A stretch of DNA of 64,000 nucleotides from an uncultured Actinomycetes bacterium (GCA_963809395.1 CAWEJM010000010.1:117776-181775); one strand, 5' to 3'; counted from the stretch's first letter, positions 9,723 through 23,932 are shown. The notes: a model not told the origin generated them from the letters alone. Numbers and translations: made by a program.

Positions 9723-10867
9723 GCCTCACCCGTCAGCCCGCCTATTGGCTCTTTCTTGTGTTCTTGGCCGGATGTTCCTTGATCGTGGGAGGGGAGCAGT
9801 TGTCGTATCTGGGCTCACAGCCCGGCGCTTGGCTGCTTTCCCTGGTGCTCCTGGCGGCAACGGCCATCCCTGCTGGGATCATCATCTACCGCTTGGATCA
9901 GTTCGAGCCCGAGCCTGCTTCTCTGATCGCCGTGGCCCTTCTGTGGGGCGGGATCGTGGCAGTGACGTTCGCCGCCATCACCAATTCGTACGCCTTGGGC
10001 TTTCTTCAGCACGTTCTTCCCGCGGCGACGGTCGACTCCTGGGGAGCTGCCATCGTGGCGCCGATCAATGAGGAGTTCTACAAGGGAGCGGGCCTGGTCA
10101 TCATCTATCTGATGGCCCGGACCGAGTTCGACGGGCTCATGGACGGGCTCGTCTACGGCGCCATGATCGGATTGGGTTTCCAGGTGGTCGAGAACGTGCA
10201 GTACTTCGTGCACGCGGCCTCGGAATCCGGAGCCGGCCAGTTGGGTCCTGTCGTGAGCATGTACTTCGTGCGGGTCGTTCTCGCGGGCTTGTATAGTCAC
10301 ACGTTGTTCAGCGGTCTGATGGGTTTCGGCTTCGCGTACGCGGTGACCCAGCGGGAGGCGTCGCGGCGCAGGCGGCTGAGCGTGGCGGCGTTGTTCGTCG
10401 CGTTGGCGTGGGCTGCGCACTTCGTGTGGAACTCTCCTTGGTTGGAGTCGCTCATGGGGCGGGGCGGCGGGTCGTTCATCCTGGTCTTCCTGGTCAAGGG
10501 GGTACCGTTCCTTGTCTTCTTGGCGATCCTGGCCGTCGTCGCGCGCCGGCGCGAAGGACAGGCGTTCGCCCGGCTTGTGGCCGCGGAGGTGGGAAGCGAC
10601 GTGCTGAACGAGGCGGAGTTCCGCATTCTGCAGAGCGGGCGCAGGCGAAGGGCCGCCCTCCGGCAGGTCAAGCGGAGCAGGGGCCGCGGCGCCAGGCGGC
10701 TGCTCAAACGGCTGCAACGGGAGCAGATGAACTTGGCTCTCTTCCACACCAAGGTGCGAGAGTCCGACCACCCGGCTCTCGAGGCTCAGCGCGACACGAT
10801 CAGGGCGCTCAAAGCGAGGCTGGTAGCGAGCGCGGGTTCTACAATCCCAACATCGTGGACAACGTGA
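9719..10867 (+). CDS. prsW: PrsW-family intramembrane glutamic metalloprotease
   Basis: 382-aa polytopic membrane ORF with PrsW signature motifs (INEEFYKGAG = EExxK; HFVWN); Arg-rich cytoplasmic C-terminal tail. Confidence 0.75.
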   Translation: MSLTRQPAYWLFLVFLAGCSLIVGGEQLSYLGSQPGAWLLSLVLLAATAIPAGIIIYRLDQFEPEPASLIAVALLWGGIVAVTFAAITNSYALGFLQHVLPAATVDSWGAAIVAPINEEFYKGAGLVIIYLMARTEFDGLMDGLVYGAMIGLGFQVVENVQYFVHAASESGAGQLGPVVSMYFVRVVLAGLYSHTLFSGLMGFGFAYAVTQREASRRRRLSVAALFVALAWAAHFVWNSPWLESLMGRGGGSFILVFLVKGVPFLVFLAILAVVARRREGQAFARLVAAEVGSDVLNEAEFRILQSGRRRRAALRQVKRSRGRGARRLLKRLQREQMNLALFHTKVRESDHPALEAQRDTIRALKARLVASAGSTIPTSWTT

Positions 10868-11730
10868 CCAGCTCGTAGCCAGCGGCGCGCAGCCGCTTGA
10901 TGATGGAGGGCAGCGCCTCGGCGGTGTGTTTGCCGGCCATGTGCATCAGCACGATGGCCCCATTGTGAGCGTTGCCCATCACCGTCTCCGTGATTTGGGC
11001 GGCGGTGCGGCCCCGCCAATCGTTGGTGTCGACATCCCACATGACCACGTACTTGAAGCCCTTCTCTGCGGCCACCTCGCACGTCTTCTGGTCGATGAAC
11101 CCGCCTGGAGGGCGGAAGAGCGCGACGGTGGGGGCTCCGGTCAGTTCCCGGTAGTGATCGGTGCCGTTCCCGATCTCGATGCGCAAACCACGCTTTGAGA
11201 GCTTCGGGCAATTGGCGTGGCTACGGGTGTGATCGCCCACTTCGAAGCCGCCGGCGGCGATCTCCTTGAGCCAGGCTTTGGCCCCAGGTCGACGTAGTGA
11301 CCGATGACGAACAGGGTCGCCGGCACTTTGTATTGTCTGAGCACGGCGAGCGTCTTGCGAAGCCTTCTCGCCCTGGTAGTTGTCGTCGAAGGTGAGGGCG
11401 ATCCACTTGCGGTCGGCGGGGCCGTGCCTGACGATCGGGGCGGCGGTCTGCGCAGCGACGTGGTCGTCGTGCTCGAGCTGAGCTGTCGACGTGGTCGACC
11501 ATGGCTTGTAGAGGTCACTCCGGCCTCTGTCGTGGTGGTCGTGGTCGACGTAAGGGTCGAGGAGGTCGACGGGAACCGCGCTGGCGGTGGTCGCGCCCGG
11601 CAGTCCGGTGGTGCTCGTGGAGTCCTCGGGCGAGGCGCATGAGGCGATGAGCACGACGGCGAGTCACGAGCCGCCGCTGCAACCGTACGCGCAACTCCCA
11701 GACCCAGGTGCCGTCGACGTCGGACCGTCT
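10839..11730 (-). CDS. polysaccharide deacetylase (NodB/CE4 family), probable lipoprotein, frameshifted
   Basis: NodB motifs (IALTFDDNY, LFRPPGG, VVMWDVDTNDW, LMHMAGKHTAEALP); middle of domain (KTLAVLRQYKVPATLFVIGHYV) lies in second frame (ORF 11141..11860), so at least two frameshifts; lipobox LIASC preceded in another frame by Tat-like RRRRHLGLGVARTVAAAA; 5' boundary uncertain. Confidence 0.7.
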
Positions 11731-11859
11731 TCCGGGCGAGCGATCGCCGTGAACTCTGCTCCGCTTTCCATGCCGCGATTCTACGCTCGCAGGCCTTCGG
11801 GATCCTCGCGGGACGTGCGGCGCTGACCGTCCGTCGCCACCTGCTAGAATCCCTCTGCA

Positions 11860-14760
<2,901 letters not shown>

Positions 14761-14767
<7 letters not shown>

Positions 14768-16194
14768 CGGGGGGCGGACGGGATGACGATTGCCGTTACG
14801 GGGGGAAATCGCGTTGGAGAAGCGAGCGAGCCTATCTCATCGCCGTCGACAGCGGTGACGATGCCGGCTGGAGCGCGGAGGAGTCTCTGGGCGAGTTGTC
14901 GGCGCTGGTGGAGACGGCGGGGGCCGAGGTGGTGGGCATGGTCGCTCAGCACCGGGAATCGATCCACCCGATCTGGTATCTGGGCAAAGGCAAAGCCGAG
15001 GAACTGAAGGCGGCCAAGGGCGCTACCGGCTTCTCGCTCCTGGTGGCCGACGACGAGTTGTCGCCCAAGCAGCAGCGGTCGCTGGAGGAACTGCTGGACG
15101 TGAAGGTGCTCGACCGCAGCGGGGTGATCCTCGACATCTTCGCCCAGCGGGCGCAGACGCATGAGGGGCGCATCCAGGTGGAACTGGCCCAGCTCGAGTA
15201 CCAGCTTCCCCGGCTTACCAGGTTGTGGACCCACCTCTCGCGCACCGGAGGGGGCGGCATCGGCACCCGCGGCCCCGGCGAGACCCAGCTCGAGACCGAC
15301 CGCCGGGTCATCCGGGAGCGCATCAAGAAGACGAGGGAGCGCGTGGACGAGGTGCGCCGCCGCCGCGAGACCGCGGCGCGGGCGCGCGACCGCCGCCTCC
15401 TGCCAACCGTGGCGATCGTGGGCTACACCAACGCCGGCAAGTCGACCTTGCTCAACGCGCTGGTCGGCGAGGAAGCCGCGGTGGTCGAGGACAGGCTCTT
15501 CGCCACCCTCGACCCGACCACGCGCCGCGTGCGGCTGGGAGAGGGCCAGACCGTGATCGTGAGCGACACGGTGGGCTTCATCCACAAACTGCCGCACCAA
15601 CTGGTGGAGGCCTTCCAGGCCACCCTCGAGGAGGTCACCCGAGCCGACGCCCTGATCGAGGTGGTGGACCTTGCCGACCGGCACGCGGCCGAGCACCGGC
15701 GCACCGTGCAGACGGTCTTGGACGAGTTGGGGGCGGGTCACAAGCCGCGAGTGGTGGTGCTGAACAAGGCCGACCGGGCCGAAGTCGTTCCGGGCGTGCA
15801 CCCGGTCCACAGCGGGATCGTTCGCCGCGACGATCAGCACGTGCTGAGAGTGTCGGCGCTCACCGGCGCGGGCATCGACGAGATGCGCGCCCTGGTGGCC
15901 ACGGTCTTGGCCGAACTATGGCTGGAAGTGGACCTTCCGGTGCCCTATTCGGCGGGCGAACTACTGGCCCGGGTCAGGGAGCGCGGTACCGTGGTCTTCG
16001 AGTACCGCGACGAGGACGTGAGGATCAAGGGCCGGGTGCCGCCCTCGATGGCCGGGGAGCTACAGAGGGTCGGTCTGGGTTGGGAGCGCGCCCTGCGGGC
16101 GCGCGAACGCGGGAACAGGGTGGGCGACGAAGCGACCGATGAGGTGGCCGGCGAGACGGTGGACGCGGCGGACGGGGCGGAGGCCGACCTCTAG
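14761..16194 (+). CDS. hflX: GTPase HflX
   Basis: HflX N-domain, G-domain GYTNAGKST...DTVGF...NKAD, C-terminal domain; GTG start overlapping uvrA stop. Confidence 0.85.
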
Positions 16195-17250
16195 AAGTAC
16201 TCGTGCGCTCGCAGGATCGCGGCCGCGACCAGCGCCGCGCCTTGCTCCAGGTCGCGCAAGGACAGCACCTCCACCGGCGAGTGGATGTAGCGCGTGGGCA
16301 CGCTGATGACGCTGCAGGGGATGCCGGTCTTGGTGATGTGGATCGCCGTGGCGTCGGTGTTGCCGCCGTCGCCGACCTCCAACTGATAGGGGATCGAGGC
16401 CTTTTCGGCCGACTCCCTGAGCCAGCGGACCACGGGACGGGGAGCGATGACGCCCCGGCCGGCCGCATCGAGGATGGTTATGGTGGGGCCCTTGCCCGCG
16501 ACGACATGGGACTCGTTCCTGGTCACCCCCGGATGGTCGCCCGGTATGGTGACGTCCGTGGCCAAGGCGACGTCTGGGTTGAGGCCGTAGGCGCTGGTGC
16601 GGGCTCCCTTCAGCCCCACTTCCTCTTGCACGGTGCCCACGGCCTGGACGGTGGCCCGCACCCTCTTGCCCTTCAGCCGCTGCAGCGCCGCCACCATCAT
16701 CACCACGACCGGCGCGGTTGTCGAGAGCCTTGCCGGTGACGAAGTCGTTGCCCATCCGGCGCAGCTCGCGATCGATGGTGATGGGCGAACCGATCTCCAC
16801 TCCCATCTCGGCGGCGTTGGCCGCGCTGGTCGCACCGCAGTCGACGAACATGTCCTTCAGCTTGACCATCTTCTTGCGTTCCTCGGCGTCCATCAGATGG
16901 GGCGGCCGCGAACCGACGACGCCGGGGATGCGCTTGCCGTCCAGCGTGTGGATCATCACCCGCTGGCTGAGAATGGTCTGGTCGAACCAACCGCCTATGG
17001 ACACCACCCGCAGGTAGCCGTCGTCATCGATGTGGGAGACGATCAGGCCGATCTCGTCCATGTGGGCTGCCACCATGACCACGGGGCCGTCGCCGGAACG
17101 GATCCCGATGACATTGCCCATCTTGTCGGTGCGGACCTCGTCGACCAGCGGCTCCATTTCGCGCCGCAGGAGGGCGGCCACATCTTCCTCGTAACCGGAG
17201 AGACCGTGAGCATCGGAGAACATGGTGAGGAGGGTGGCCATGTCTTTCAT
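16191..17250 (-). CDS. M42 family glutamyl aminopeptidase (FrvX/PepA-like), frameshifted
   Basis: N-terminal half in ORF 16060..17280 (MKDMATLLTMFSDAHGLSGYE...HMDEIGLIVSHID), C-terminal half in ORF 16191..16835 (metal-binding GDHPG region); frameshift near 16740; stop shares CTAG with hflX stop. Confidence 0.8.
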
Positions 17251-17289
17251 GCCGGGTCTCCTATTCGGTGTGGCGCTCATCGGTCGCGC

Positions 17290-19023
17290 TCAGTCGGCTG
17301 CCAGGGCGCTGAGACGGTCGAGCTCTTCCGGCCGGCTTTCCAGGATGATCGAGGCTCCCGCTTCGACCGCGGGGACGATCCGGTCGACGAAATACTCCGC
17401 CATCAGCAGCTTGCGCACGTCGCTCTGGCCCTGCCGCATAAGGAGATAGGCGCAGGCGAGATCTGTGCCCATCTCCACCAGCCTGGGGGCGTGATGGTCG
17501 CGGAAGCGGGAGTCGTCCAGTGCCAGGACACGGGCCACCGCGGCCTCGTAGCGCCCGCGCCCGCCCTTGACCCGGGCGAGAAGCTCCGGGGTGCGGGAGA
17601 GATCCCAGGTCTCGTAGTCGTCGAAGCGCTCGGAGAGCGTTCCCGCCAGGATCCCGCGGCGGGCGGCGACCACCTGCAGCTGAGTGGTCCCTTCGTAGAT
17701 GTTGGTGATGCGGGCATCGCGCATGTGGCGCTCCACGGCGAAGTCGCGCATGTAGCCGGAGCCGCCGTGCACCTGGAGCGAGTCATAGGCGATGCGGTTG
17801 GCGGCCTCGGTGCAACGAGCCTTGGCCAAAGGCGTGAAGAGGCCGGCATAGTTCGCGTACTTCTTGGCCTCCGTTCGGAGGACCTTGATCTCGTCCGGGG
17901 ACAGCCCCGTCTCCGCGGCCTCTTCGAGCCGGTGCTCCAGACCCTCTTTCAGGTCGACCAGCACCGCGGTGTCGTAGAGGAGCGCGCGCGCCGCTTCCAA
18001 CGATACCTTCATGTCGGCCAGGAGAGTGGCGACCGCGGTGATCTTGCGAATGGGGACCCCGAACTGGATCCTTTCGCCCGAGTATTTGTAGGCTGCACGA
18101 TAGGCGGCCTCGGCGATGCCTTGGGCTTGGGCGGCGATGGCCAGCCGGGCTCCGTTCATGAGACTCATCACGTAGGTGGTCAGGCCCCGGCGACGCTCGC
18201 CGATGAGGAGGGCGGGCGCGTCGGTGAACTGCAACTCGCAGGTGGGCGAGCCGTGGATGCCCAGCTTGTCTTCGAGGCGGCGGATCTTCATGTGCTCGTC
18301 GCGCTCGTAGAGGAACAACGAAAGTCCGCGGCCGTCGGTGGTGCCTTCCTCGCTGCGGGCCAGGACCAGCGCGATCTGCCCGCACCCGTTGGTGATGAAG
18401 CGTTTGACCCCGTTCAGATACCAGAGCCCGTCGTCGCCCTGGTGGGCCTTGAGCTGGATGTTCTGAAGGTCGGAGCCGGCCTCGGCTTCGGTGAGGGCCA
18501 TCGACCCGGTGACCTCTCCGCTGGCGAAGCGGGGTAGATAGGCCTGCTTGATCTCCTCGGAGGCGAACTTGTTGACCGTCTCTGCGATGTCCTGGAGGCC
18601 GAAGATGTTCATGAGCGAAGCGTCCGCCCGAGAGACGATCTCGGTGATCATGGCCAAGATGGTGACCGGGCAAGTTGAGCCCGCCGAAACGACGAGGCAG
18701 GGTGATGCCCATGAGATCGGCCTGCCGGAGCCGTGTCGAGCGCCTCTGAGATGCCCGGGGCGTAGCACACCTCGCCGTCGACCAAGGTGCTGCCGGCGCG
18801 GTCGACGTCCTCGGCCCGAGGGGCGACGAACTCGCCCGGCGATGTCACCCACCAGTTCCAGGGTGCGTCGATAGTTGTCGAGAGCGTCGGGCAGGTCGCG
18901 CGGCGCCCAGGTGTAGGCCGAGGTCTCGGCAAAGCCCTTCTCGCGCAAATCGACCGCCCACTCCAGGTCGAGACGCTCGAGGTAGGCCACCAGATCGGCG
19001 TTGTCGGTGAAGAAGTTGCTCAT
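17290..19023 (-). CDS. acyl-CoA dehydrogenase (large ~575-aa type), frameshifted near N-terminus
   Basis: ACAD middle and C-terminal domains intact (VKRFITNG, QVHGGSGYMRDFAVERHMRDARITNIYEGT); N-terminal domain split over ORFs 17783..18712 (MGITLPRRFGGLNLP) and 18648..18932; ATG at 19023 overlaps etfA stop (ATGA). Confidence 0.8.
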   Translation of the reverse strand: MSNFFTDNADLVAYLERLDLEWAVDLREKGFAETSAYTWAPRDLPDALDNYRRTLELVGDIAGRVRRPSGRGRRPRRQHLGRRRGVLRPGHLRGARHGSGRPISWASPCLVVSAGSTCPVTILAMITEIVSRADASLMNIFGLQDIAETVNKFASEEIKQAYLPRFASGEVTGSMALTEAEAGSDLQNIQLKAHQGDDGLWYLNGVKRFITNGCGQIALVLARSEEGTTDGRGLSLFLYERDEHMKIRRLEDKLGIHGSPTCELQFTDAPALLIGERRRGLTTYVMSLMNGARLAIAAQAQGIAEAAYRAAYKYSGERIQFGVPIRKITAVATLLADMKVSLEAARALLYDTAVLVDLKEGLEHRLEEAAETGLSPDEIKVLRTEAKKYANYAGLFTPLAKARCTEAANRIAYDSLQVHGGSGYMRDFAVERHMRDARITNIYEGTTQLQVVAARRGILAGTLSERFDDYETWDLSRTPELLARVKGGRGRYEAAVARVLALDDSRFRDHHAPRLVEMGTDLACAYLLMRQGQSDVRKLLMAEYFVDRIVPAVEAGASIILESRPEELDRLSALAAD

Positions 19024-20087
19024 ACTTTGCTCCGGTACGCGCGGATGATCCGGGGGATCACATCGTGGAGGTCGCCCACGATGCCGTAGTGGGCCACGGA
19101 GAAGATGGGGGCCTGCGGGTCGGTGTCGATGGCCAGGATGCGGGCCGACTCGTCCATGCCCGCTCGGTGCTGCACCGATCCGGATATGCCGGCGGCGATG
19201 TAGAGCTTGGGCCGCACCGTGGTGCCCGTCTGCCCGATCTGGTGCTCGTGGCCGATCCAGCCGGCGTCGACCGCCGCCCGGGTGGCGCCTACCACTCCGC
19301 CGAGCGTGTCGGCCAGCTCGCGGATAAGGGCGAAACCCTCCTTGGAGCCCACGCCGGCGCCGCCGGCGACGATGATGGCGGCTCCCTTGAGGTCGACCCT
19401 CTTCTCTTCTAGGCTCCGGCTGATCACCTGCACGCAGAGGTCCTCGGCGGGCAGGTCGACCGGCACTGGGATCACCTGACCGCGGCGCCCTGGTTCGGGA
19501 TCGGGCAGCCGGAAGACACCCTCGCGTACGGTGGCCATCTGCGGCCGATGGTCGGGCGAGATGATGGTGGCGATGATGTTGCCCCCAAAAGCGGGCCGGA
19601 TCTGATAGAGGAGCTGCTCGTAGTCGCGCTCCTTGGTGTGATGCGGACCGATGCGCAGGTCGGTGCAATCCGCGGTAAGACCGGTGCGGAGCAAGGACGC
19701 CACCCGGGGAGCGAGATCACGGCCCGTTGTGGTCGCGCCGTACAGGACGATGTCGGGTTGGTGCTGCTTGATGAGCTGGGAGATGACACGAGCGTACGGC
19801 TGGGTCAGGTAGTCGCGCAACGCCGGGTCGTCTGCCACGTACACGCGATCGGCTCCGTGACGCTATCAGCCCCTCGGCCAGACCGGAGACCTCGGAACCG
19901 ATGAGGACCGCCCCGACCGGGGTCTGCCAGCTCGGCTGCCAACTCCCGGGCTCGGCCCGAGCAGTTCCAGGCTGACCTCGGCCGCGCGCCCGTCGTTCAC
20001 CTGGACGAAGACCCAGACTTCGCGCGGGCCGGCGCCAATGCCGCCCGCCGCTGCGGCCCTATCGTCCGCCGCCCGGTGCTCCGGCAC
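19020..20087 (-). CDS. etfA: electron transfer flavoprotein alpha subunit
   Basis: C-terminal FAD-binding domain intact (IVAGGAGVGSKEGF...LYIAAGISGSVQHRAGM); N-terminal domain (VWVFVQVNDGRAAEVSLELLG) in ORF 19866..20333 after frameshift near 19850-19900; start tentative. Confidence 0.75.
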
Positions 20088-20101
20088 GCGGTGTCGCCCC
20101 G

Positions 20102-20997
20102 CTAGCCAAGGATGTGCTCCTCGATCAACTCGTGTACCAACGCCGCGACGCCTTCGTCGGTGGGCTCGACCATGCGGGCTTCGGCGGGCGATAGTTGGAC
20201 GCTGGTGATCTTCTTGACCCGGGTGGGCGACCCGCGGAGGCCGACCTCGTCGCGCCCGGCCCCGACGGCCTCCATGTCCCAGAGTACGATGCGGGCCCGG
20301 CATACCGGCCGGCCCTGGCGATCGATCATGCACACCTCGGCCTCCTCGTTCTCCGGGTCCAGATAGCTGTCATCGTAGGGGCGGAGCAACTCGGCGTCGG
20401 CATGTTTGTAGGTCATGAGCAGTCGCGCGCTGGGCGGCCGGGGATCGTTGGTTTCGCCCGTGATGGTGAGCAGCGCCGGCAGCGGGGCGCGCAGCGTCTC
20501 GAAGCCGCCTTCCACAGAGCGGGTGGCGGTGATGGAGCCGTCGTCGATGGCGTCGATGCGGCTCACGCAGGTGATCTGCGGCAGTCCCAGCTTCTCAGCA
20601 AGCTGGGGGCCCACCTGGGCGGTGTCCCCGTCGATCGCCTGGCGGCCACAGAGGACCAGGTCGTAGTGGCCGATCTTTCGGACGGCCAAGGAGAGGGCGT
20701 AGCTGGTGGCCAGGGTGTCGGCACCGGCGAAGGGCCCGTCGCAAAGCAGGATCACCTCGTCGGCTCCCCGATAGAGAGACTCGCGCAGCACCTGGGCTGC
20801 CGCGGGCGGTCCCATGCTGATGACGGTGACCCGGCCCCCGTGGCTCGCGAAGCGAGGGCCTCTTCCAAGGCGTTGAGATCCTCGGGGTTGAAGATGGCGG
20901 GAGGGCGGCTCGGTTGACGGTGCCGTCGTCGTTCATGGCCTGACCGGTGATGTTCTGGGTATCGGGGACCTGCTTGGCCAGCACCACGATTCGTAGA
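20102..20997 (-). CDS. etfB: electron transfer flavoprotein beta subunit
   Basis: C-terminal 237 aa intact (AGADTLATSYALS...QVGPQLAEKLGLPQ); N-terminus MSLRIVVLAKQVPDTQNITGQ (GTG start near 20997) joined through frameshift near 20900. Confidence 0.75.
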
Positions 20998-21250
20998 CTC
21001 ACGCGCTGCTCCCGCTGGAAGATCGAAGTACGCACGCCGCCAGCCGACTCAGCCGTAGCGTCAGCGGAAGTCGCCCGGCGGAGGCGGAGGGCCTCCTCCA
21101 ACGCGTTCAGATCCTCAGGGTTGAAGATGGCGGGAAGAGCGGCCCGGTTGACGGTGCCGTCGTCGTTCATGGCCTGACCGGTGACATTCTGGGTGTCGGG
21201 CACCTGCTTGGCCAGCACCACGATTCTTAGGCTCACATGCTCCCCCGCTG
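20857..21250. repeat. tandem direct duplication (2 x ~238 bp, ~90% identical) of etfB start plus upstream region
   Basis: cctcggggttgaagatggcggg...ctgcttggccagcaccacgattcgtagactcac (20870-21005) recurs as cctcagggttgaagatggcggg...ctgcttggccagcaccacgattcttaggctcac (21108-21243); both copies encode MSLRIVVLAKQVPDTQN(V/I)TGQAMNDDGTVNRAALP. Confidence 0.8.
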
Positions 21251-21414
21251 GAAGTGAAGATACGCATCGGCACGACCTCTGGCGACGCCGGGCCGCAAGG
21301 GCAAAAAGTATAACATGGGCTCTCTCGGGGCCAGGGCACGCCCGCGTGGGGTACACTTGAGCGGTAGGCGCGACTCTCTTTCGCGGACAGGGCGGAGCGG
21401 CCCAGGCGGCACCG

Positions 21415-23315
21415 ATGAGCGGCAGCGACGAGCTCAGACATCACATCAAGCATGCCCCCGATCTTCCCGGCGTGTACCTCTATCGGGACGCGTCCGGCGA
21501 CGTGCTGTACGTGGGCAAGGCGCTCTCTCTGCGTAAACGGCTGGCCAACTACCTTCCCGCCCTCGAAGGAGGCGATGCCGGCCGAGTGCCGGCCAAAGTG
21601 GCCGAGATGGTGAGCCGGTCGGCTGCCGTCGAATGGATCGTCACCACCAACGAGGTGGAGGCGCTCATCCTGGAGCACAACCTCATCAAGCAGCATAGGC
21701 CCCCGTTCAACATCCGTCTGCGCGACGACAAGTCCTATCCGTACATCATGATCACCGCGGAGGACGAGTTCCCCCGGGTGATGTTCACCCGCCAGGCGCA
21801 CCGGCGCGGGAACCTCTACTTCGGTCCGTTCTCCAGCGCCGCCAAGGTGCGCGAGACGCTGGACGTCCTCGGCCGGGTGTTCCCGGTGCGGGCCTGCCGG
21901 GGCCGGCAGCCGGGCAGGCGGAACGGCTCTCCCTGCCTGCAGTTCCATATCGACCGGTGCCCCGGTCCCTGTCTGGGGACGGTGGATGTCGCTGACTACG
22001 GGGCCGTCGTCGGCCAGGTGGTGGACTTTCTGAGCGGGCGCGAGACTCGGGTGGTCGCTCGCTTGGAGCGGTCGATGCAGGAGGCCGCGGAGAGACAGGA
22101 TTTTGAGAGCGCCGCCGTGTTCCGTGACCGTCTGGAGGCCCTTTCCCATGTGTTGGAGCGGCAACGGATCGAGTCGAGCTCGCTGGGGTCGGCGGATGTG
22201 ACCGGTATGGCGGTGGATGGCTGGGGGGCGAACGTGCAGGTGTTCATCACCCGAGACGGGAAGCTGGCCGACCGGCGGAGTTTCACGCTGGTGAACGTCG
22301 AAGGGGCGGGGGAGCAGGAGATCTTCGAGCGGTTCGTCTCCGAGTACTACGCGTCTTCGCCGACGGTGCCGGCGGAGTTGATCGTGCCGGGAGCGGTGGT
22401 CGACACCGGCAGCCTGGCCGCGTTCCTGGAGAAGCTGCGGGGGACGAAGGTCGACGTCAGACAGGCGGAACGGGGAGACAAGCGCCGGCTTCAGGAACTG
22501 GCGGACCGCAACGCGGCCCTTGCCCTGGCGCACGAGAGGCTGCGGGAGGAACGGACCCGCGAACGGCGGTACGGAGCGCTGACGGCTCTGGAAGAGCGCC
22601 CTGGGTCTGGAAAGCGTGCCCATGCGGATCGAAGGCTTCGACATCTCCAATCTGGGAGCGGAGAATATCGTGGCTTCCATGGTGGTGTTCGAGGGGGGAG
22701 TGCCGAAGAAGAGCGACTACCGCAAGTTCGCCATCCGCTCCACCGAAGGCCAGGACGACGTGGGCGCCATGCGCGAGGCGCTGGTGCGCCGTTTCACCCG
22801 GGACGAGGGCGCATCGCCACGGCGCTGGACGAGCGGGGCGGGCTGGACAGGCCCTACGACCGTTCTTTCGAGGCCGTGCCGGACCTGGTGGTGGTCGACG
22901 GGGGCAAGGGGCAGTTGGGAGGCGCGCTGGACGCGTTGCGGGAGGCAGGTGTGGACGGCGGCGGTCACCGTGATCTCGCTGGCCAAGCGGGAGGAGGAGG
23001 TCTTCGTCCCCTGGTCGCCCGGCCCTCTCGACCTTGCCCCCGACGATGCCGGGCTTGCTGCTTCTGCAGAGGGTGCGCGATGAAGCCCACCGTTTTGCGC
23101 TAGGCTTCCACCGAAGCAAGAGGGCCGGCCAGACGACGGTGTCGCTGCTCGACCAGCTTCCGGGCATCGGGGAAAAGCGGAAGCGGGCCATCGTGCAGCA
23201 CTTCGGCTCCCCGGAGCGGTTCCTGCAGGCCACCAGGGAGGAAGTCGAGGCCGTGCCCGGGCTGCCGGGCAAAGTGGCAAGGGAGATATACGCGCATGTC
23301 CACAAGACAGGTTGA
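21415..23315 (+). CDS. uvrC: excinuclease ABC subunit C
   Basis: GIY-YIG domain (GVYLYRDASGDVLYVGKA), UvrBC-binding and RNase H-like endonuclease domains (ORF 22616..23083), C-terminal (HhH)2 (ORF 23034..23315); at least three frameshifts. Confidence 0.85.
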
Positions 23316-23451
23316 CAGCTCGACCGGGCGCGGCGTCGGCGCCCGGGGCCCGGGGTCGGCCGACTGGGGGGAGCCCCGGTCGCGATCGGTCCCTACCGCA
23401 CGCCCTGGGGAACGGGGACTGTTGTGGTGAGCGAGGGACGCCTCGTCGGGC

Positions 23452-23870
23452 GTGGAGCTGCCGGGCGCGACGGCATCTGTGCTCCTGAGAGCGCCAGGCC
23501 GCTCGCGGAGCGCATCGTCGGCGCCGGCCGACCGGGCCGCGCTTGCTCGCTGGGTGGAGGAGTTGGAGGCATACTTTCGCGGCGAACGTCTGGCGTGGAG
23601 GCCGGAGGAGATCGCACTCGACGGTCTGGGATTTGGTCCGTTCGAGCGGGCCGTGTACACGACCCTGCTCTCCATCCCGGCGGCTGTCACCGTCAGCTAC
23701 GGCGTGCTGGCCGAGATGGCCGGCTATCCTCGGGCCGCTCGGGCGGTGGGCAACGCCATGGCGGCGAATCCTATCCCCGTCGTGGTCCCCTGCCACCGGG
23801 TGATCCGTGCCGACGGCAGTCTGGGCACTACGGCGACGACCCGGCGTGGAAAGAGCGGCTGCTGACTCAC
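23452..23870 (+). CDS. ogt: methylated-DNA--protein-cysteine methyltransferase
   Basis: MGMT DNA-binding domain with active-site PCHRV motif (SYGVLAEMAGYPRAARAVGNAMAANPIPVVVPCHRVIRADGSLG); C-terminal tail shifted into another frame near 23825. Confidence 0.7.
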
Positions 23871-23932
23871 GAGCGGACGCACGCTCCGGCACGCGCCGAT
23901 AGCGCGGCAGGCGCCGAAAGGCGGAGGGTACA

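Noticed and set aside
16189-16196. CTAG shared by the convergent stop codons of hflX and the M42 peptidase gene
   Set aside because: Simple 3-bp overlap of convergent stops on a palindromic tetranucleotide; no functional implication.
16597-18537. 646-aa plus-strand ORF
   Set aside because: Antisense to the M42 peptidase and acyl-CoA dehydrogenase genes; GC-shadow ORF.
21115-22680. 521-aa minus-strand ORF
   Set aside because: Antisense shadow of uvrC.
22717-23892. 391-aa minus-strand ORF
   Set aside because: Antisense to uvrC C-terminus and ogt; Arg/Pro/Ala-rich low-complexity.
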